Part shown: positions 1 through 12,459 of the stretch, piece after piece
Layout of the letters: each line of letters opens with the position of its first letter
Numbering within the stretch: position 1 is the first letter of the stretch
Assembly: GCA_032718475.1 (NCBI GenBank)
Contig: JAUCBJ010008074.1
Location: forward strand, 1 to 64,000
Reading direction: 5' to 3'
Length of the DNA stretch: 64,000 nucleotides
Origin: Nemertoderma westbladi
Lineage: Eukaryota; Animalia; Xenacoelomorpha
Made by a program: the position numbers and the translations under genes
The notes under the pieces: generated by a model
The model's database searches: none
What the model saw: the letters and a program-made list of their open reading frames with translations, nothing else
What the model was told of the DNA's origin: nothing

Positions 1-3000
1 ACGAGATTCAATATAACCTATGTACTGTAGGTTTAAATAAACCCCTTTATCAACGGGATTCAATACAACCTATGTACTGTAGGTTTAAATGAACCCCTTT
101 ATCAACGGGATTCAATACAACCTCTATGTACTGTAGGTTTAAATGAACCCCTTTATCAACATTGATTCAATATAACCTATGTACTGTAGGTTTAAATGAA
201 TCCCTTGATCAACGGGATTCAATACAACCTCTATGTACTGTAGCTTTAAATGAACCCCTTTATCAACGAGATTCAATATAACATATGTACTGTAGGTTTA
301 AATGAACCCCTTTATCAACGGGATTCAATACAACCTATGTAATGTAGGTTTAAATGAACCCCTTTATCAACGGGATTCAATACAACCTCTATGTACTGTA
401 GGTTTAAATGAACCCCTTTATCAACGAGATTCAATATAACCTATGTACTGTAGGTTTAAATGAACCCCTTTATCAACGGGATTCAATACAACCTATGTAA
501 TGTAGGTTTAAATGAACCCCTTTATCAACGGGATTCAATATAACCTATGTACTGTAGGTTTAAATGAATCCCTTTATCAACGGGATTAAATACAACCTAT
601 GTACTGTAGGTTTAAATGAACCCCTTTATCAACGGGATTCAATACAACCTATGTACTGTAGGTTTAAATGAACCCCTTTATCAACGGGATTCAATACAAC
701 CTCTATGTACTGTAGGTTTAAATGAACCCCTTTATCAACGAGATTCAATATAACCTATGTACTGTAGGTTTAAATGAACCCCTTTATCAACGGGATTCAA
801 TACAACCTATGTAATGTAGGTTTAAATGAACCCCTTTATCAACGGGATTCAATATAACCTATGTACTGTAGGTTTAAATGAATCCCTTTATCAACGGGAT
901 TCAATACAACCTATGTACTGTAGGTTTAAATGAACCCCTTTATCAACGGGATTCAATACAACCTATGTACTGTAGGTTTAAATAAGCCCCTTTATCAACG
1001 AGATTCAATATAACCTATGTACTGTAGGTTTAAATGAACCCCTTTATCAACGGGATTCAATACAACCTATGTACTGTAGGTTTAAATAAGCCCCTTTATC
1101 AACGAGATTCAATACAACCTATGTACTGTAGGTTTAAATGAACCCCTTTATCAACGAGATTCAATATAACCTATGTACTGTAGGTTTAAATGAACCCCTT
1201 TATCAACGGGATTCAATACAACCTATGTACTGTAGGTTTAAATGAACCCTTTATCAACGGGATTTAATATAACCTATGTACTGTAGGTTTAAATGAACCC
1301 CTTTATCGACGGGATTCAATACAACCTATGTACTGTAGGTTTAAATGAACCCCTTTATCAACGGGATTCAATACAACCTATGTACTGTAGGTTTAAATGA
1401 ACCCCTTTATCAACGGGATTCAATATAACATATGTACTGTAGGTTTAAAAGAACCCCTTTATCAACGGGATTCAATACAACCTATGTACTGTAGGTTTAA
1501 ATGAACCCCTTTATCAAAGGGATTCAATATAACATATGTACTGTAGGTTTAAATGAATCCCTTTATCAACGGGATTCAATATAACATATGTACTGTAGGT
1601 TTAGATGAACCCCTTTATCAACGGGATTCAATATAACATATGTACTGTAGGTTTAAATGAACCCCTTTATCAACGGGATTCAATACAACCTATGTACTGT
1701 AGGTTTAAATGAATCCCTTTATCGACGGGATTCAATATAACCTACAGTATGTACTGTAGGTTTAAATGAACCCCTTTATCGACGGATTCAATACAACCTA
1801 TGTACTGTAGGTTTAAATGAACCCCTTTATCAACGGGATTCAATACAACCTATGTACTGTAGGTTTAGATGAACCCCTTTATCAACGGGATTCAATACAA
1901 CCTATGTACTGTAGGTTTAAATGAACCCCTTTATCAACGGGATTCAATACAACCTATGTACTGTAGGTTTCACGGCGGGGTAGCTCAGTTGGTAGAGCGC
2001 CGGGCCTGCAATCTATTGGTTGTAGGTTCAGCCCCGCCAGGGTCCACTCAGCCTTTCATCCACTGGGGTCGATAAAATGAGTACCAGTTAAATAACTGGG
2101 AGCAAATCTTGGGATAGGAGTAGCGCCCACCCCTACCCTCGGGTAGCAGCTATCGAAAGAGGAGCCTTCGGGTCGCCTCCGGCTTCGGCCGACTGTTTGC
2201 TTTTTACTGTAGGTTTAAATGAATCCCTTTATCAACGGGATTCAATACAACCTATGTACTGTAGGTTTAAATGAACCCCTTTATCGACGGGATTCAATAC
2301 AACCTATGTACTGTAGGTTTAAATGAATCCCTTTATCAACGGGATTCAATACAACCTATGTACTGTAGGTTTAAATGAACCCCTTTATCGACGGGATTCA
2401 ATACAACCTATGTACTGTAGGTTTAAATGAACCCCTTTATCAACGGGATTCAATACAACCTATGTACTGTAGGTTTAAATGAACCCCTTTATCAACGGGA
2501 TTCAATACAACCTATGTACTGTAGGTTTAAATGAACCCCTTTATCAACGGGATTCAATACAACCTATGTACTGTAGGTTTAAATGAACCCCTTTATCAAC
2601 GGGATTCAATACAACCTATGTACTGTAGGTTTAAATGAACCCCTTTATCAACGGGATTCAATACAACCTATGTACTGTAGGTTTAAATGAACCCCTTTAT
2701 TAACGGGATTCAATACAACCTATGTACTGTAGGTTTAAATGAACCCCTTTATCAACGGGATTCAATACAACCTATGTACTGTAGGTTTAAATGAATCCCT
2801 TTATCAACGGGATTCAATACAACCTATGTACTGTAGGTTTAAATGAACCCCTTTATCAACGGGATTCAATATAACCTATGTACTGTAGGTTTAAATGAAC
2901 CCCTTTAGCAACGGGAATCAATACAACCTATGTACTGTAGGTTTAAATGAACCCCTTTATCAACGGGATTCAATATAACCTATGTACTGTAGGTTTAAAT

Positions 3001-5331
3001 GAACCCCTTTATCAACGGGAATCAATACAACCTATGTACTGTAGGTTTAAATGACCCCCTTTATCAACGGGATTCAATATAACCTATGTACTGTAGGTTT
3101 AAATGAACCCCTTTATCAACGGGAATCAATACAACCTATGTACTGTAGGTTTAAATGACCCCCTTTATCAACGGGATTCTATACAACTTATGTATTGTAG
3201 GTTTAAATGAACCCCTTTATCAACGAGATTCAATACAACCTATGTACTGTAGGTTTAAATGAACCCCTATATCAACGGGATTCAATACAACCGATGTACT
3301 GTAGGTTTAAATGAACCCCTTTATCAACGGGATTCAAGACAACCTATGTACTGTAGGTTTAAATGAATCCCTTTATCACGGGATTCAATACAACCTATGT
3401 ACTGTAGGTTTAAATGAACCCCTTTATCAACGGGATTCAATATAACCTATGTACTGTAGGTTTAAATGAATCCCTTTATCAACGGGATTCAATATAACCT
3501 ATGTAATGTAGGTTTAAATGAATCCCTTTATCAACGGGATTCAATATAACCTATGTACTGTAGGTTTAGATGAAACCCTTTATCAACGGGATTCAATATA
3601 ACCTATGTACTGTAGGTTTAAATGAATCCCTTTATCAACGGGATTCAATATAACCTATGTACTGTAGGTTTAAATGAACCCCTTTATCAACGGGATTCAA
3701 TATAACCTATGTACTGTAGGTTTAAATGAACCCCTTTATCAACGGGATTCAATAAAACCTATGTACTGTAGGTTTAAATGAACCCCTTTATCAACGGGAT
3801 TAAATATAACCTATGTACTGTAGGTTTAAATGAATCCCTTGATCAACGGGATTCAATACAACCTATGTACTGTAGGTTTAAAATAACCCCTTTATCAACG
3901 GGATTCAATACAACCTATGTACTGTAGGTTTAAAATAACCCCTTTATCAACGGGATTCAATATAACATATGTACTGTAGGTTTAAATGAATCCCTTTATC
4001 AACGGGATTCAATATAACCTATGTACTGTAGGTTTAAATGAACCCCTTTATCAACGGGATTCAATACAACCTATGTAATGTAGGTTTAAATGAACCCCTT
4101 TATCAACGGGATTCAATATAACCTATGTACTGTAGGTTTAAATGAACCCCTTTATCAACGGGATTCAATACAACCTCTATGTACTGTAGGTTTAAATGAA
4201 CCCCTTTATCAACGGGATTCAATATAACCTATGTACTGTAGGTTTAGATGAACCCCTTTATCAACGGGATTCAATACAACCTATGTACTGTAGGTTTAAA
4301 AGAACCCCTTTATCAACGGGTTTCAATACAACCTATGTACTGTAGGTTTAAAAGAACCCCTTTATCAACGGGATTCAATACAACCTATGTACTGTAGGTT
4401 TAAATGAATCCCTTTATCAACGGGATTCAATATAACCTATGTACTGTAGGTTTAAAAGAACCCCTTTATCAACGGGATTCAATATAACATATGTACTGTA
4501 GGTTTAAAAGAACCCCTTTATCAACGGGATTCAATACAACCTATGTACGGTAGGTTTAAATGAATCCCTTTATCAACGGGATTCAATATAACCTATGTAC
4601 TGTAGGTTTAAAAGAACCCCTTTATCAACGGGATTCAATATAACATATGTACTGTAGGTTTAAATGAACCCCTTTATCAACGGGTTTCAATACAACCTAT
4701 GTAATGTTGGTTTAAATGAACCCCTTTATCAACGGGATTCAATACAACCTATGTACTGTAGGTTTAGATGAACCCCTTTATCAACGGGATTCAATATAAC
4801 CTATGTACTGTAGGTTTAAATGAATCCCTTGATCAACGGGATTCAATACATCCTATGTACTGTAGGTTTAAATGAACCCCTTTATCAACGGGATTCAATA
4901 CAACCTATGTACTGTAGGTTTAAATGAACCCCTTTATCAACGGGATTCAATATAACCTATGTACTGTAGGTTTAAATGAATCCCTTTATCAACGGGATTC
5001 AATATAACCTATGTAATGTAGGTTTAAATAAATCCCTTTATCAACGGGATTCAATACAACCTCTATGTACTGTAGGTTTAAATGAACCCCTTTATCAACG
5101 GGATTCAATACAACCTATGTACTGTAGGTTTAAATGAATCCCTTTATCAACGGGATTCAATACAACCTAACTGTAGGTTTAAATGAATCCCTTTATCAAC
5201 GGGATTCAATACAACCTCTATGTACTGTAGGTTTAAATGAACCCCTTTATCAACGGGATTCAATACAACATATGTACTGTAGGTTTAAATGAATCCCTTT
5301 ATCAACGAGATTCAATATATCCTATGTACTG
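1..5331. repeat. 52-bp tandem satellite (consensus CTGTAGGTTTAAATGAACCCCTTTATCAACGGGATTCAATACAACCTATGTA); begins before the window
   Basis: About 100 near-identical units (TGTACTGTAG at 21, 73, ...). Interrupted by a SINE at 1971-2204 and by an LTR element at 5332. Confidence 0.98.
1971..2204 (+). mobile_element. tRNA-derived SINE inserted in the satellite
   Basis: tRNA-like head with A box (TAGCTCAGTTGG) and B-box-like GGTTCAGCCCC. Central ACTCAGCCTTTCATCC...GTCGATAAAATGAGTACCAG resembles Deu/Nin-type SINE cores. T-rich tail. 12-bp TSD TACTGTAGGTTT at 1959-1970 and 2205-2216. Confidence 0.85.
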
Positions 5332-5524
5332 CGCCAGTAGTGGTTACTGTACTGTCGTTGTGTCATTGTACTGATAGCTAGTACGCCCCTTTATTGTTCA
5401 CCTTTACCTGTTACTGTGTTACCGGTACCTCTGTACCTATGATTACCTGTACTGCTGTATGCATTATACATACAGACATATCAGATGTCTGACGTCCTTA
5501 CCTTTTACCTATTCATTATTGGCG

Positions 5525-5538
5525 TGGTGGCAGCGGTG
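5525..5538 (+). promoter_or_regulatory. Primer-binding site complementary to the tRNA-Leu 3' end
   Basis: TGGTGGCAGCGGTG lies directly after the 5' LTR and is the complement of ...CACCGCUGCCA-CCA of eukaryotic tRNA-Leu. Confidence 0.8.
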
Positions 5539-5858
5539 CTTCTTTCTCACGTCTCAAGCTTACTATATTTACCATTCCGTCATTACCAGTCTACCGAATT
5601 GGCTACCTACTTAACTGCTTAACGATCTGGAAAACTTCGCTGCAGTCACCTAATTTTAACTAGGCCTTTAGGCTTATTCAGTTATTGCTGTGTTGCAATT
5701 GCATCTGCTGTCTGTCAATACTGTTGGTTGGTTGGCTCGCGATCTACTACCACCACCCAGCCACCAGTGCTGCAGTGTAAAGCTATACCAGTATACCTAT
5801 ACCTAACAAGGATAGGGTAGCACCTTACCGGTACTGATTGCGTGTACCGGTATACAAA

Positions 5859-8800
5859 ATGGCTGCACAGCATCCATTAAGAACTCCCAAACTTTTACCC
5901 TTAACCAAAACTGAAACCATCAGCTCCTTCGAGACCTGGAGACAAAACTTGGTATATACTCTTTCACTAGATACAGAGTTTGCCCCATTTACTGCAACTG
6001 GTGTACTTTGGGAGAAGAAACTGCGTCACAATCCTACGCGGGGGTTGCTGGATGACGAGGACACTATCCCAGTTGCACGCCGTCGCACAGCTGACCAAAA
6101 GGTTGCTGCTTTGGAATTAATGCTGGGGCAGGTGGCTAATTATGCTCCCATTATTTCAAGAAATACTATAGTCCGGAATTCTGTCTCCTTGCCTGCCATT
6201 TGGCAAGCCCTACGTTTGCATTTTGGGTTCCAGTCTTCGGGTTCTCATTTCCTCGATTTAGCTGAAATTAAATTGGAGCATGAGGAACGCCCAGAGGACT
6301 TATTTCAAAGGCTGATGGCTTTTACTGAGGATAATTTACTGAAGCATGGGGGCAATATTTCTCACCATGGTGAGGACCCCCTTGAAGATGAGGAACTTAC
6401 TCCCACCCTAGAAAATCTCATTGTACTAACATGGCTTCGTCTTATTAATACAAATCTTCCCAAGCTTGTGAAACAGAGGTACGGTACGGAACTGCGTTCC
6501 CGTACCCTCTCAAGCATCAAACCAGAAATTTCACAAGCTCTTCCTTCTCTTTTAGACGAACTTCACTCATCTGCTGAAGTTCGGACATTCCGAATGCAGA
6601 CAGGTTCTATAAGTCAGTTCCTACCTTCCTCCTCCCGTTTTAATAACACTAGCACTAGGCCCAAGGCTGCAGGATCTGGAAATTACACCGTCAAATCAGC
6701 CTCCTGTCCACTGTGTAAACAGGCTGGCCGCAAATCATATAACCATTTCCTGAGTTCCTGCGTATACTTACCTGAGCAAGATCGCCGATTTATGGTCCGT
6801 ACCCGTACAGTCGAAGTGGCTGATGGTAATGTTTATGACGAAGTTGAGGACACTACCACAGCTCTAGAAAATCTGTCAGCAATATATGGAGATGAGTCTG
6901 CATCTATCAGCAGAGTTTCTGTCATCCGGTCGCCCTTCATGAATACTTATTATGGGTCTTCATGCTTGAGGGTAACACTAGATAGTGGAGCTGAGTCTAA
7001 TCTAATTTTAGATACCGTTGCCCAGAAACTTTGCCTCCCTATCACTCCAAATAAGCACCAGATTCCAGCTCAGGCAGATGGTGTATCTAAACTCGGTGTT
7101 ATTGGTGAAACACAGTTTGTTTCAATGAGGGAAAATCTCTCCTTTTCATTCCATGGTCTAGTGGTACAAAACCTAGGAACTGAAATTTTAGCTGGTATGC
7201 CATTTTTAGCTAGCAATGATATTTCTATTCGTCCAGCCACTTCACTTATCACTTTCAGTGATGGCTCTACTTTTGACTATTCAGATAACTCATGCTATCG
7301 TCATCAGCCATTGCCTATTGCCGATGGTCGTATTTGTGGGACTACGATTCTTCGCGCACCCCCTCAATCTATGGTTGTATGGCCAGGTGATGACTTAGTA
7401 CTGAGTTTGCCTGATTCTTTGTGTGACTCAAACCAATCCAATGATGCTATATTAGTTGCTCCACACTGTGATGGCACTGTCAACCAGCCCAGGGCATGGT
7501 TCACCCCCGCGGTTTTGGCTTGCCCTAATCGTAACATCTCAATCACTAATCAGTCTCCAGACCCCGTTTTTATAAAACGCAACTCACATATTTGTTCAGC
7601 AATTAGAACTGTCCCTATTTGCCAGGCTGACCTTGCCACGGAACCTATCCAAGTGGTCCACATAGCAGCCAGCTCTGTGAAATCTCACTCAGATAAGGTT
7701 CACCTGGACCCCGATTGCATACTGTCTCCCCAGGATCATGCCCTATTTCGTGACATTCTGGTAAAGCATGATATAGTATTTGACCCGTCATATCCTGGTT
7801 ATAATGGCGCCGCAGGTGAATTTAAAGCTGTGGTTAATATGGGTCCAGTACTACCCCCTCAGCGTAAAGGTAGACTTCCCCAATACGCTAAACATCGGTT
7901 GTTGGAGCTCCAGGAACGATGTGATGAGTTAGAAAAGCTGGGTGTCTTCTCTACTCCCGAAAATGCTAAAGTATCCGTAGAGTATCTTAATCCCTCATTT
8001 CTGGTAAAAAAGCCCAGTGGAGGACATCGTTTAGTAACGGCCTTCGCAGAGGTTGGTCGGTATGCTAAACCCCAGCCATCTCTTCTACCCAATGTAAATT
8101 CGACCTTACAAGCCATTGCCAGCTTTAAATATATAATCAAAACTGATTTGATGAGTGCTTACTATCAGATACCTCTCTCAGAGGAATCTATGAAATACTG
8201 TGGTATTGTTACTCCATTCCGCGGGGTTAGGGTTTATACTCGATGTGCCATGGGGATGCCGGGATCAGAATCAGCCTTGGAAGAATTGATGTGTAGGGTT
8301 TTGGGGGATCTTCTTGTCAAGGGTATGGTGGTGAAAATTGCAGACGATTTATATTGTGGTGGAAACACTATCCCAGAGTTAGTAGCCAACTTTGATTCAC
8401 TTCTAGCTGCTCTTGCTGTTTGCAACCTTCGACTCTCTGCTGCAAAAACTGTGATTTGTCCACATAGTACTACAATTCTTGGTTGGAAATGGACACTAGG
8501 ATCGCTTTCTGCATCTCCTCATATTGTATCAACGTTAGCTGCTTGTGTGCCACCCACATCTATACGTGGCTTACGATCCTATATCGGATCCTATAAGGCA
8601 TTATCCCGAGTGTTGCCCCACTGTTCATCACTTATTTCTCCCCTTGATGCCCTTTTAACCGATAAGTCCACTGATCTTGTCCAATGGACTGATTCTACAT
8701 CAACTGCATTTCGCCGTAGCCAAGCAGCTCTGAAAAACTGTAAATCTATAACATTGCCTACTCCACAGGATCATCTATGGATTATTACAGATGCTGCTTC

Positions 8801-10868
8801 TTCAACAGATGGTCTAGGAGCCATTCTTTATGTTAAACGTGATAGCAAATTTTTAATCTCAGGGTACTTCACTGCTAAACTTCAGAAACACCAAGCTTTA
8901 TGGCTTCCATGTGAGATGGAAGCATTAGCGATTGCTGCTGCAGTTAAACATTTTTCTCCATATATCATTCAATCCCCAATGCCCACACAGGTCCTTACAG
9001 ACAGCAAACCATGTGTACAGGCCTTCCACAAAATGTGCCGTGGTACATTCTCGAATAGTCCTCGAGTATCCACTTTTCTGTCTATTGCCCATCAGTATCA
9101 GGTGACACTAACCCATCTGCCTGGATCTGCAAATTTACCTGCCGATTTCGCCAGCCGAAATGCTCCACCTATATGTGCTACCAACAATTGCCAAGTTTGC
9201 ACATTTGTTAATGAGTTAGCTGAGGCACCAGTAATTCGATCCCTTCCTTTAGTCAGTGAAGATAATGAATGTGCACCTCGTGAGTTGCCTATTGTGCATG
9301 CTGTGTCAACTAATCCTGCTATAACCAATGACACGAAACCCCTTTATACCAGTCGCCACGCTTGGCTAGAAACACAGCGGGAATGTGCCGACTTACGTCG
9401 TGTTAAAGCTCATTTAGTTCAGGGGACACGCCCGTCCAAGAAAGACACTGATATTCGTGATGTCAAGCGATATCTGGGTGTTGCTTCATTGACAAGCAAT
9501 GGCTTACTTGTTGTTCGACAAGAGGAACCATTCACTGCAGCTCGTGAATTGATTATCATCCCTCGAACTATTGTTCTTGGTCTCTTAACATCAATACACC
9601 TGGAGCTTAACCATCCATCAGCAAGCCAATTAAAGAAAAACATTACGCGAAATTTTTATTGCCTTGATCTCGATAATGCTGTTGCTGCTGTAACATCAGG
9701 CTGCCATCAATGTAGTGCCCTATCACGATGTCCACAACAAATTATTGCACAATCATCTGGAGAACCTCCTGAAGCAATTGCTATATCTTTTGCTGCAGAT
9801 GTGCTACGCCGTTATCAGCAATATATTTTGGTGGTTAGAGAGACAGTATCTTCATACACATTGGCTTGTATCTTACCTAATGAGCGTCATGAGTCTATAC
9901 GTGATAGCTTAATTAAGCTATGTGTTGGCTTGCGGCCTATAAGGGGGCCTCCTGCAATTATTCGTACTGATCCCGCCCCTGGTTTTGTTGCGCTTAAGGA
10001 GGACCAAATCTTGGCATCACATAATCTGCACATTGAGTTAGGTCAACGTAAGAACATAAACAAAAATCCTGTGGCGGAACGAGCCATTCAGGAACTTGAA
10101 GTAGAGTTTCTCAAATCCAGCCATGGAGGGGGCCCAGTTTCTGAAACAGCCCTATCTATTGCTCTAGCCCATCTTAATTCTCGAATACGATTTAATGGAT
10201 TATCATCTCGGGAAATATTGTTTCAACGAGACCAGTTTAGTGGCTTACAAATCCCTGTCAATGACAAGTCTATTATACTACAACAACATAGTGCAAGGTC
10301 ATACAATCATTCATTGAGCTCAAAATCCAAAGCTCCCCATCCTTCTGCTCTGTTATACCCTGAGGAAAGTATCAAGATTGGTGACTTAGTATATTTATAT
10401 TCTGATAATTCCAAGCATCAGAACCGTTGTCGATATCTTGTTACTGCTGTGGATGGAGACTGGTGTAATGTTCGGAAATTCATTGGCCACCAACTACGTG
10501 CCTTTTCATACCGCATCCGACTGTCAAACTGTTATAGGGTTCCCGCAAATACTACCATTTATAACAGTTATCCTTCTATCCAGAGCGACTCATCTGATGA
10601 TGATATTGGTTTGCCAACTCATGATATTGGTTTGCCAACTCAAGTTGGCCCCATTGATGTCGATGTTATGGATGTACCAGATGACCCTATTCCAGTTGCT
10701 GTACCTCGTACTCGTGACTCTGGGATCCCTCCACCATTAGAAGACCATGATGAACCTCATCCTTATGCAACCATACCTGCATCCCATAGTGAACAGGGTT
10801 CTGCGAGACTCCGTCGATCAATGCGTACCCGCAAGCCTCCCAATTATTACGGCTTTGAGGAACAATAA
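5859..10868 (+). CDS. Gag-Pol polyprotein (Gag, aspartic protease, RT, RNase H, integrase)
   Basis: Uninterrupted ORF with first ATG at 5859. Motifs: LDSGA (protease), KIADD (RT), TDAAS/CEMEALAI/TDSKP/ADFASR (RNase H), HLELNH..CHQC plus D,D,E (integrase). Gypsy domain order. Confidence 0.93.
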   Translation: MAAQHPLRTPKLLPLTKTETISSFETWRQNLVYTLSLDTEFAPFTATGVLWEKKLRHNPTRGLLDDEDTIPVARRRTADQKVAALELMLGQVANYAPIISRNTIVRNSVSLPAIWQALRLHFGFQSSGSHFLDLAEIKLEHEERPEDLFQRLMAFTEDNLLKHGGNISHHGEDPLEDEELTPTLENLIVLTWLRLINTNLPKLVKQRYGTELRSRTLSSIKPEISQALPSLLDELHSSAEVRTFRMQTGSISQFLPSSSRFNNTSTRPKAAGSGNYTVKSASCPLCKQAGRKSYNHFLSSCVYLPEQDRRFMVRTRTVEVADGNVYDEVEDTTTALENLSAIYGDESASISRVSVIRSPFMNTYYGSSCLRVTLDSGAESNLILDTVAQKLCLPITPNKHQIPAQADGVSKLGVIGETQFVSMRENLSFSFHGLVVQNLGTEILAGMPFLASNDISIRPATSLITFSDGSTFDYSDNSCYRHQPLPIADGRICGTTILRAPPQSMVVWPGDDLVLSLPDSLCDSNQSNDAILVAPHCDGTVNQPRAWFTPAVLACPNRNISITNQSPDPVFIKRNSHICSAIRTVPICQADLATEPIQVVHIAASSVKSHSDKVHLDPDCILSPQDHALFRDILVKHDIVFDPSYPGYNGAAGEFKAVVNMGPVLPPQRKGRLPQYAKHRLLELQERCDELEKLGVFSTPENAKVSVEYLNPSFLVKKPSGGHRLVTAFAEVGRYAKPQPSLLPNVNSTLQAIASFKYIIKTDLMSAYYQIPLSEESMKYCGIVTPFRGVRVYTRCAMGMPGSESALEELMCRVLGDLLVKGMVVKIADDLYCGGNTIPELVANFDSLLAALAVCNLRLSAAKTVICPHSTTILGWKWTLGSLSASPHIVSTLAACVPPTSIRGLRSYIGSYKALSRVLPHCSSLISPLDALLTDKSTDLVQWTDSTSTAFRRSQAALKNCKSITLPTPQDHLWIITDAASSTDGLGAILYVKRDSKFLISGYFTAKLQKHQALWLPCEMEALAIAAAVKHFSPYIIQSPMPTQVLTDSKPCVQAFHKMCRGTFSNSPRVSTFLSIAHQYQVTLTHLPGSANLPADFASRNAPPICATNNCQVCTFVNELAEAPVIRSLPLVSEDNECAPRELPIVHAVSTNPAITNDTKPLYTSRHAWLETQRECADLRRVKAHLVQGTRPSKKDTDIRDVKRYLGVASLTSNGLLVVRQEEPFTAARELIIIPRTIVLGLLTSIHLELNHPSASQLKKNITRNFYCLDLDNAVAAVTSGCHQCSALSRCPQQIIAQSSGEPPEAIAISFAADVLRRYQQYILVVRETVSSYTLACILPNERHESIRDSLIKLCVGLRPIRGPPAIIRTDPAPGFVALKEDQILASHNLHIELGQRKNINKNPVAERAIQELEVEFLKSSHGGGPVSETALSIALAHLNSRIRFNGLSSREILFQRDQFSGLQIPVNDKSIILQQHSARSYNHSLSSKSKAPHPSALLYPEESIKIGDLVYLYSDNSKHQNRCRYLVTAVDGDWCNVRKFIGHQLRAFSYRIRLSNCYRVPANTTIYNSYPSIQSDSSDDDIGLPTHDIGLPTQVGPIDVDVMDVPDDPIPVAVPRTRDSGIPPPLEDHDEPHPYATIPASHSEQGSARLRRSMRTRKPPNYYGFEEQ

Positions 10869-11253
10869 ATATTATTTTCTCATCTATATACAGGACTGTA
10901 CTCCATGTCATATAATTTTTGATCCTCTATGAACAATTCTGTCAAACATTTTGTTATAGAACAACATATTAGTCTCGTCTAGGATAGTGAACTGTTCTAT
11001 CTTATTATTTGTAATAGTCATTATTATTATTTCCACTGAAGGAAAGAAAAAAAATGATTGCGCCAGTAGTGGTTACTGTACTGTCGTTGTGTCATTGTAC
11101 TGATAGCTAGTACGCCCCTTTATTGTTCACCTTTACCTGTTACTGTGTTACCGGTACCTCTGTACCTATGATTACCTGTACTGCTGTATGCATTATACAT
11201 ACAGACATATCAGATGTCTGACGTCCTTACCTTTTACCTATTCATTATTGGCG

Positions 11254-11315
11254 CTGTAGGTTTAAATGAATCCCTTTATCAACGGGATTCAATATATCCT
11301 ATGTACTGTAGGTTT
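11254..11315. repeat. Terminal remnant of the 52-bp satellite
   Basis: CTGTAGGTTTAAATGAATCCC... resumes in register directly after the 3' LTR. Confidence 0.9.
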
Positions 11316-11806
11316 ACTGTATATCTGTACACATTGATCAGTGCTTGTTGATTTAGTGCATTTAATACTGGCCAAGATTAGCAAGTAAATCACATAACAA
11401 CCAATCAAACAGAACATCCCATAACAACTTAAAGCATTTATAAAACAGGCAATATCATTGGATGTTCACAAAATGATCGCTTGGGTTTTTACTCTCAGGT
11501 ACCCCTCTGTAATAGTTTCAGTTTGCTAAGGCTCCGCCTACTGCGTGGCTCGCCCTACTGCCCTACACGGACCCAGCTAGACTAGTGCTGTAGTGCAGTG
11601 CGTACCTGTAGTCGGGTCGTATCATAGTATTACAGTACAGCAGTAGGCCTACCGGTACAGCGGTACGCGGTACACTGCAGAGCTGGTACAGCAGAAGGCC
11701 TATTATCACTGTATCATGTTTCTGAGTTACCGGTATTGCATACCGCACCGGCAATAATATAAAAAATTCTGATATTGCAGTGGATAGTGAAGAATTTGTA
11801 TTTATC

Positions 11807-12274
11807 ATGGCCTACATTCAATGGAGGCGTTTTAATTTTTTCGAGAAGGAAATTGTCAAAGACAATCCCGATTCTGATAAACCATTCGATCGGTTGAAGG
11901 ACGTGGTGGTGACCGCAGCAACGCCATGTAAAGGTATGTTGGTGTTTGGAGATGCGGAAGGCAACATATTTCTACTCAACAAATCGTTACAGGCGAGCTG
12001 CTACAAAGCCTACGAAATACGTGTCACTCACATCGTCGCTGTCAAACAGAGAGGCATAGTAGTTACCATAGGAGACGACGAGGAAGGTATCCATCCTGTT
12101 CTTAAAGTTTGGAATCTATTGAAACTCGACCGTTTTGAGTGTCCGACTTGTACCCGAATCTATAGATGTTCGAGCGGATCTTCTAAAATCTGCCCCGTAT
12201 CCACTCTCGCTGTACACGACGACTGTTCCATGATGGCTATAGCTTACTTAGACGGGTCGCTCAGTATCCATAAG
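11807..12274 (+). CDS. VPS11: VPS11 (HOPS/CORVET core subunit) exon 1
   Basis: MAYIQWRRFNFFEKE matches the metazoan Vps11 N-terminus, followed by beta-propeller sequence. Donor AAG|GTGGGT, phase 0. Confidence 0.92.
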
Positions 12275-12459
12275 GTGGGTATTTGTTTTAAGGTATAGGT
12301 TTAGCCTATTAAAATAGTACGAGAGATGGGTGTAGTGGACTTGTCGGAGGTAGAATATAATTTAGCATCAACCGCATACAGTTTGCATGTAACTGATTGA
12401 GGCAGATTGTCAGGGAGTTCGTTGATATACAGTAAAGAACGAACAGAACGGGTCCCAAT

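Larger units (their letters stand above)
5332..11253 (+). mobile_element. Full-length Gypsy-like LTR retrotransposon (probably Troyka-type)
   Basis: Apparently identical 193-bp LTRs (5332-5524, 11061-11253) with CGCCA...TGGCG ends and a CTG duplication on both flanks. PBS TGGTGGCAGCGGTG, A/G-rich PPT at about 11038-11054, single gag-pol ORF. Confidence 0.95.

Noticed and set aside
1974-2046. Functional tRNA gene
   Set aside because: The T arm and acceptor stem are degenerate, and it continues into a SINE body flanked by a TSD.
1-5331. CRISPR-like array (palindromic repeat units)
   Set aside because: Units are contiguous with no unique spacers, there are no cas genes, and the context is eukaryotic.
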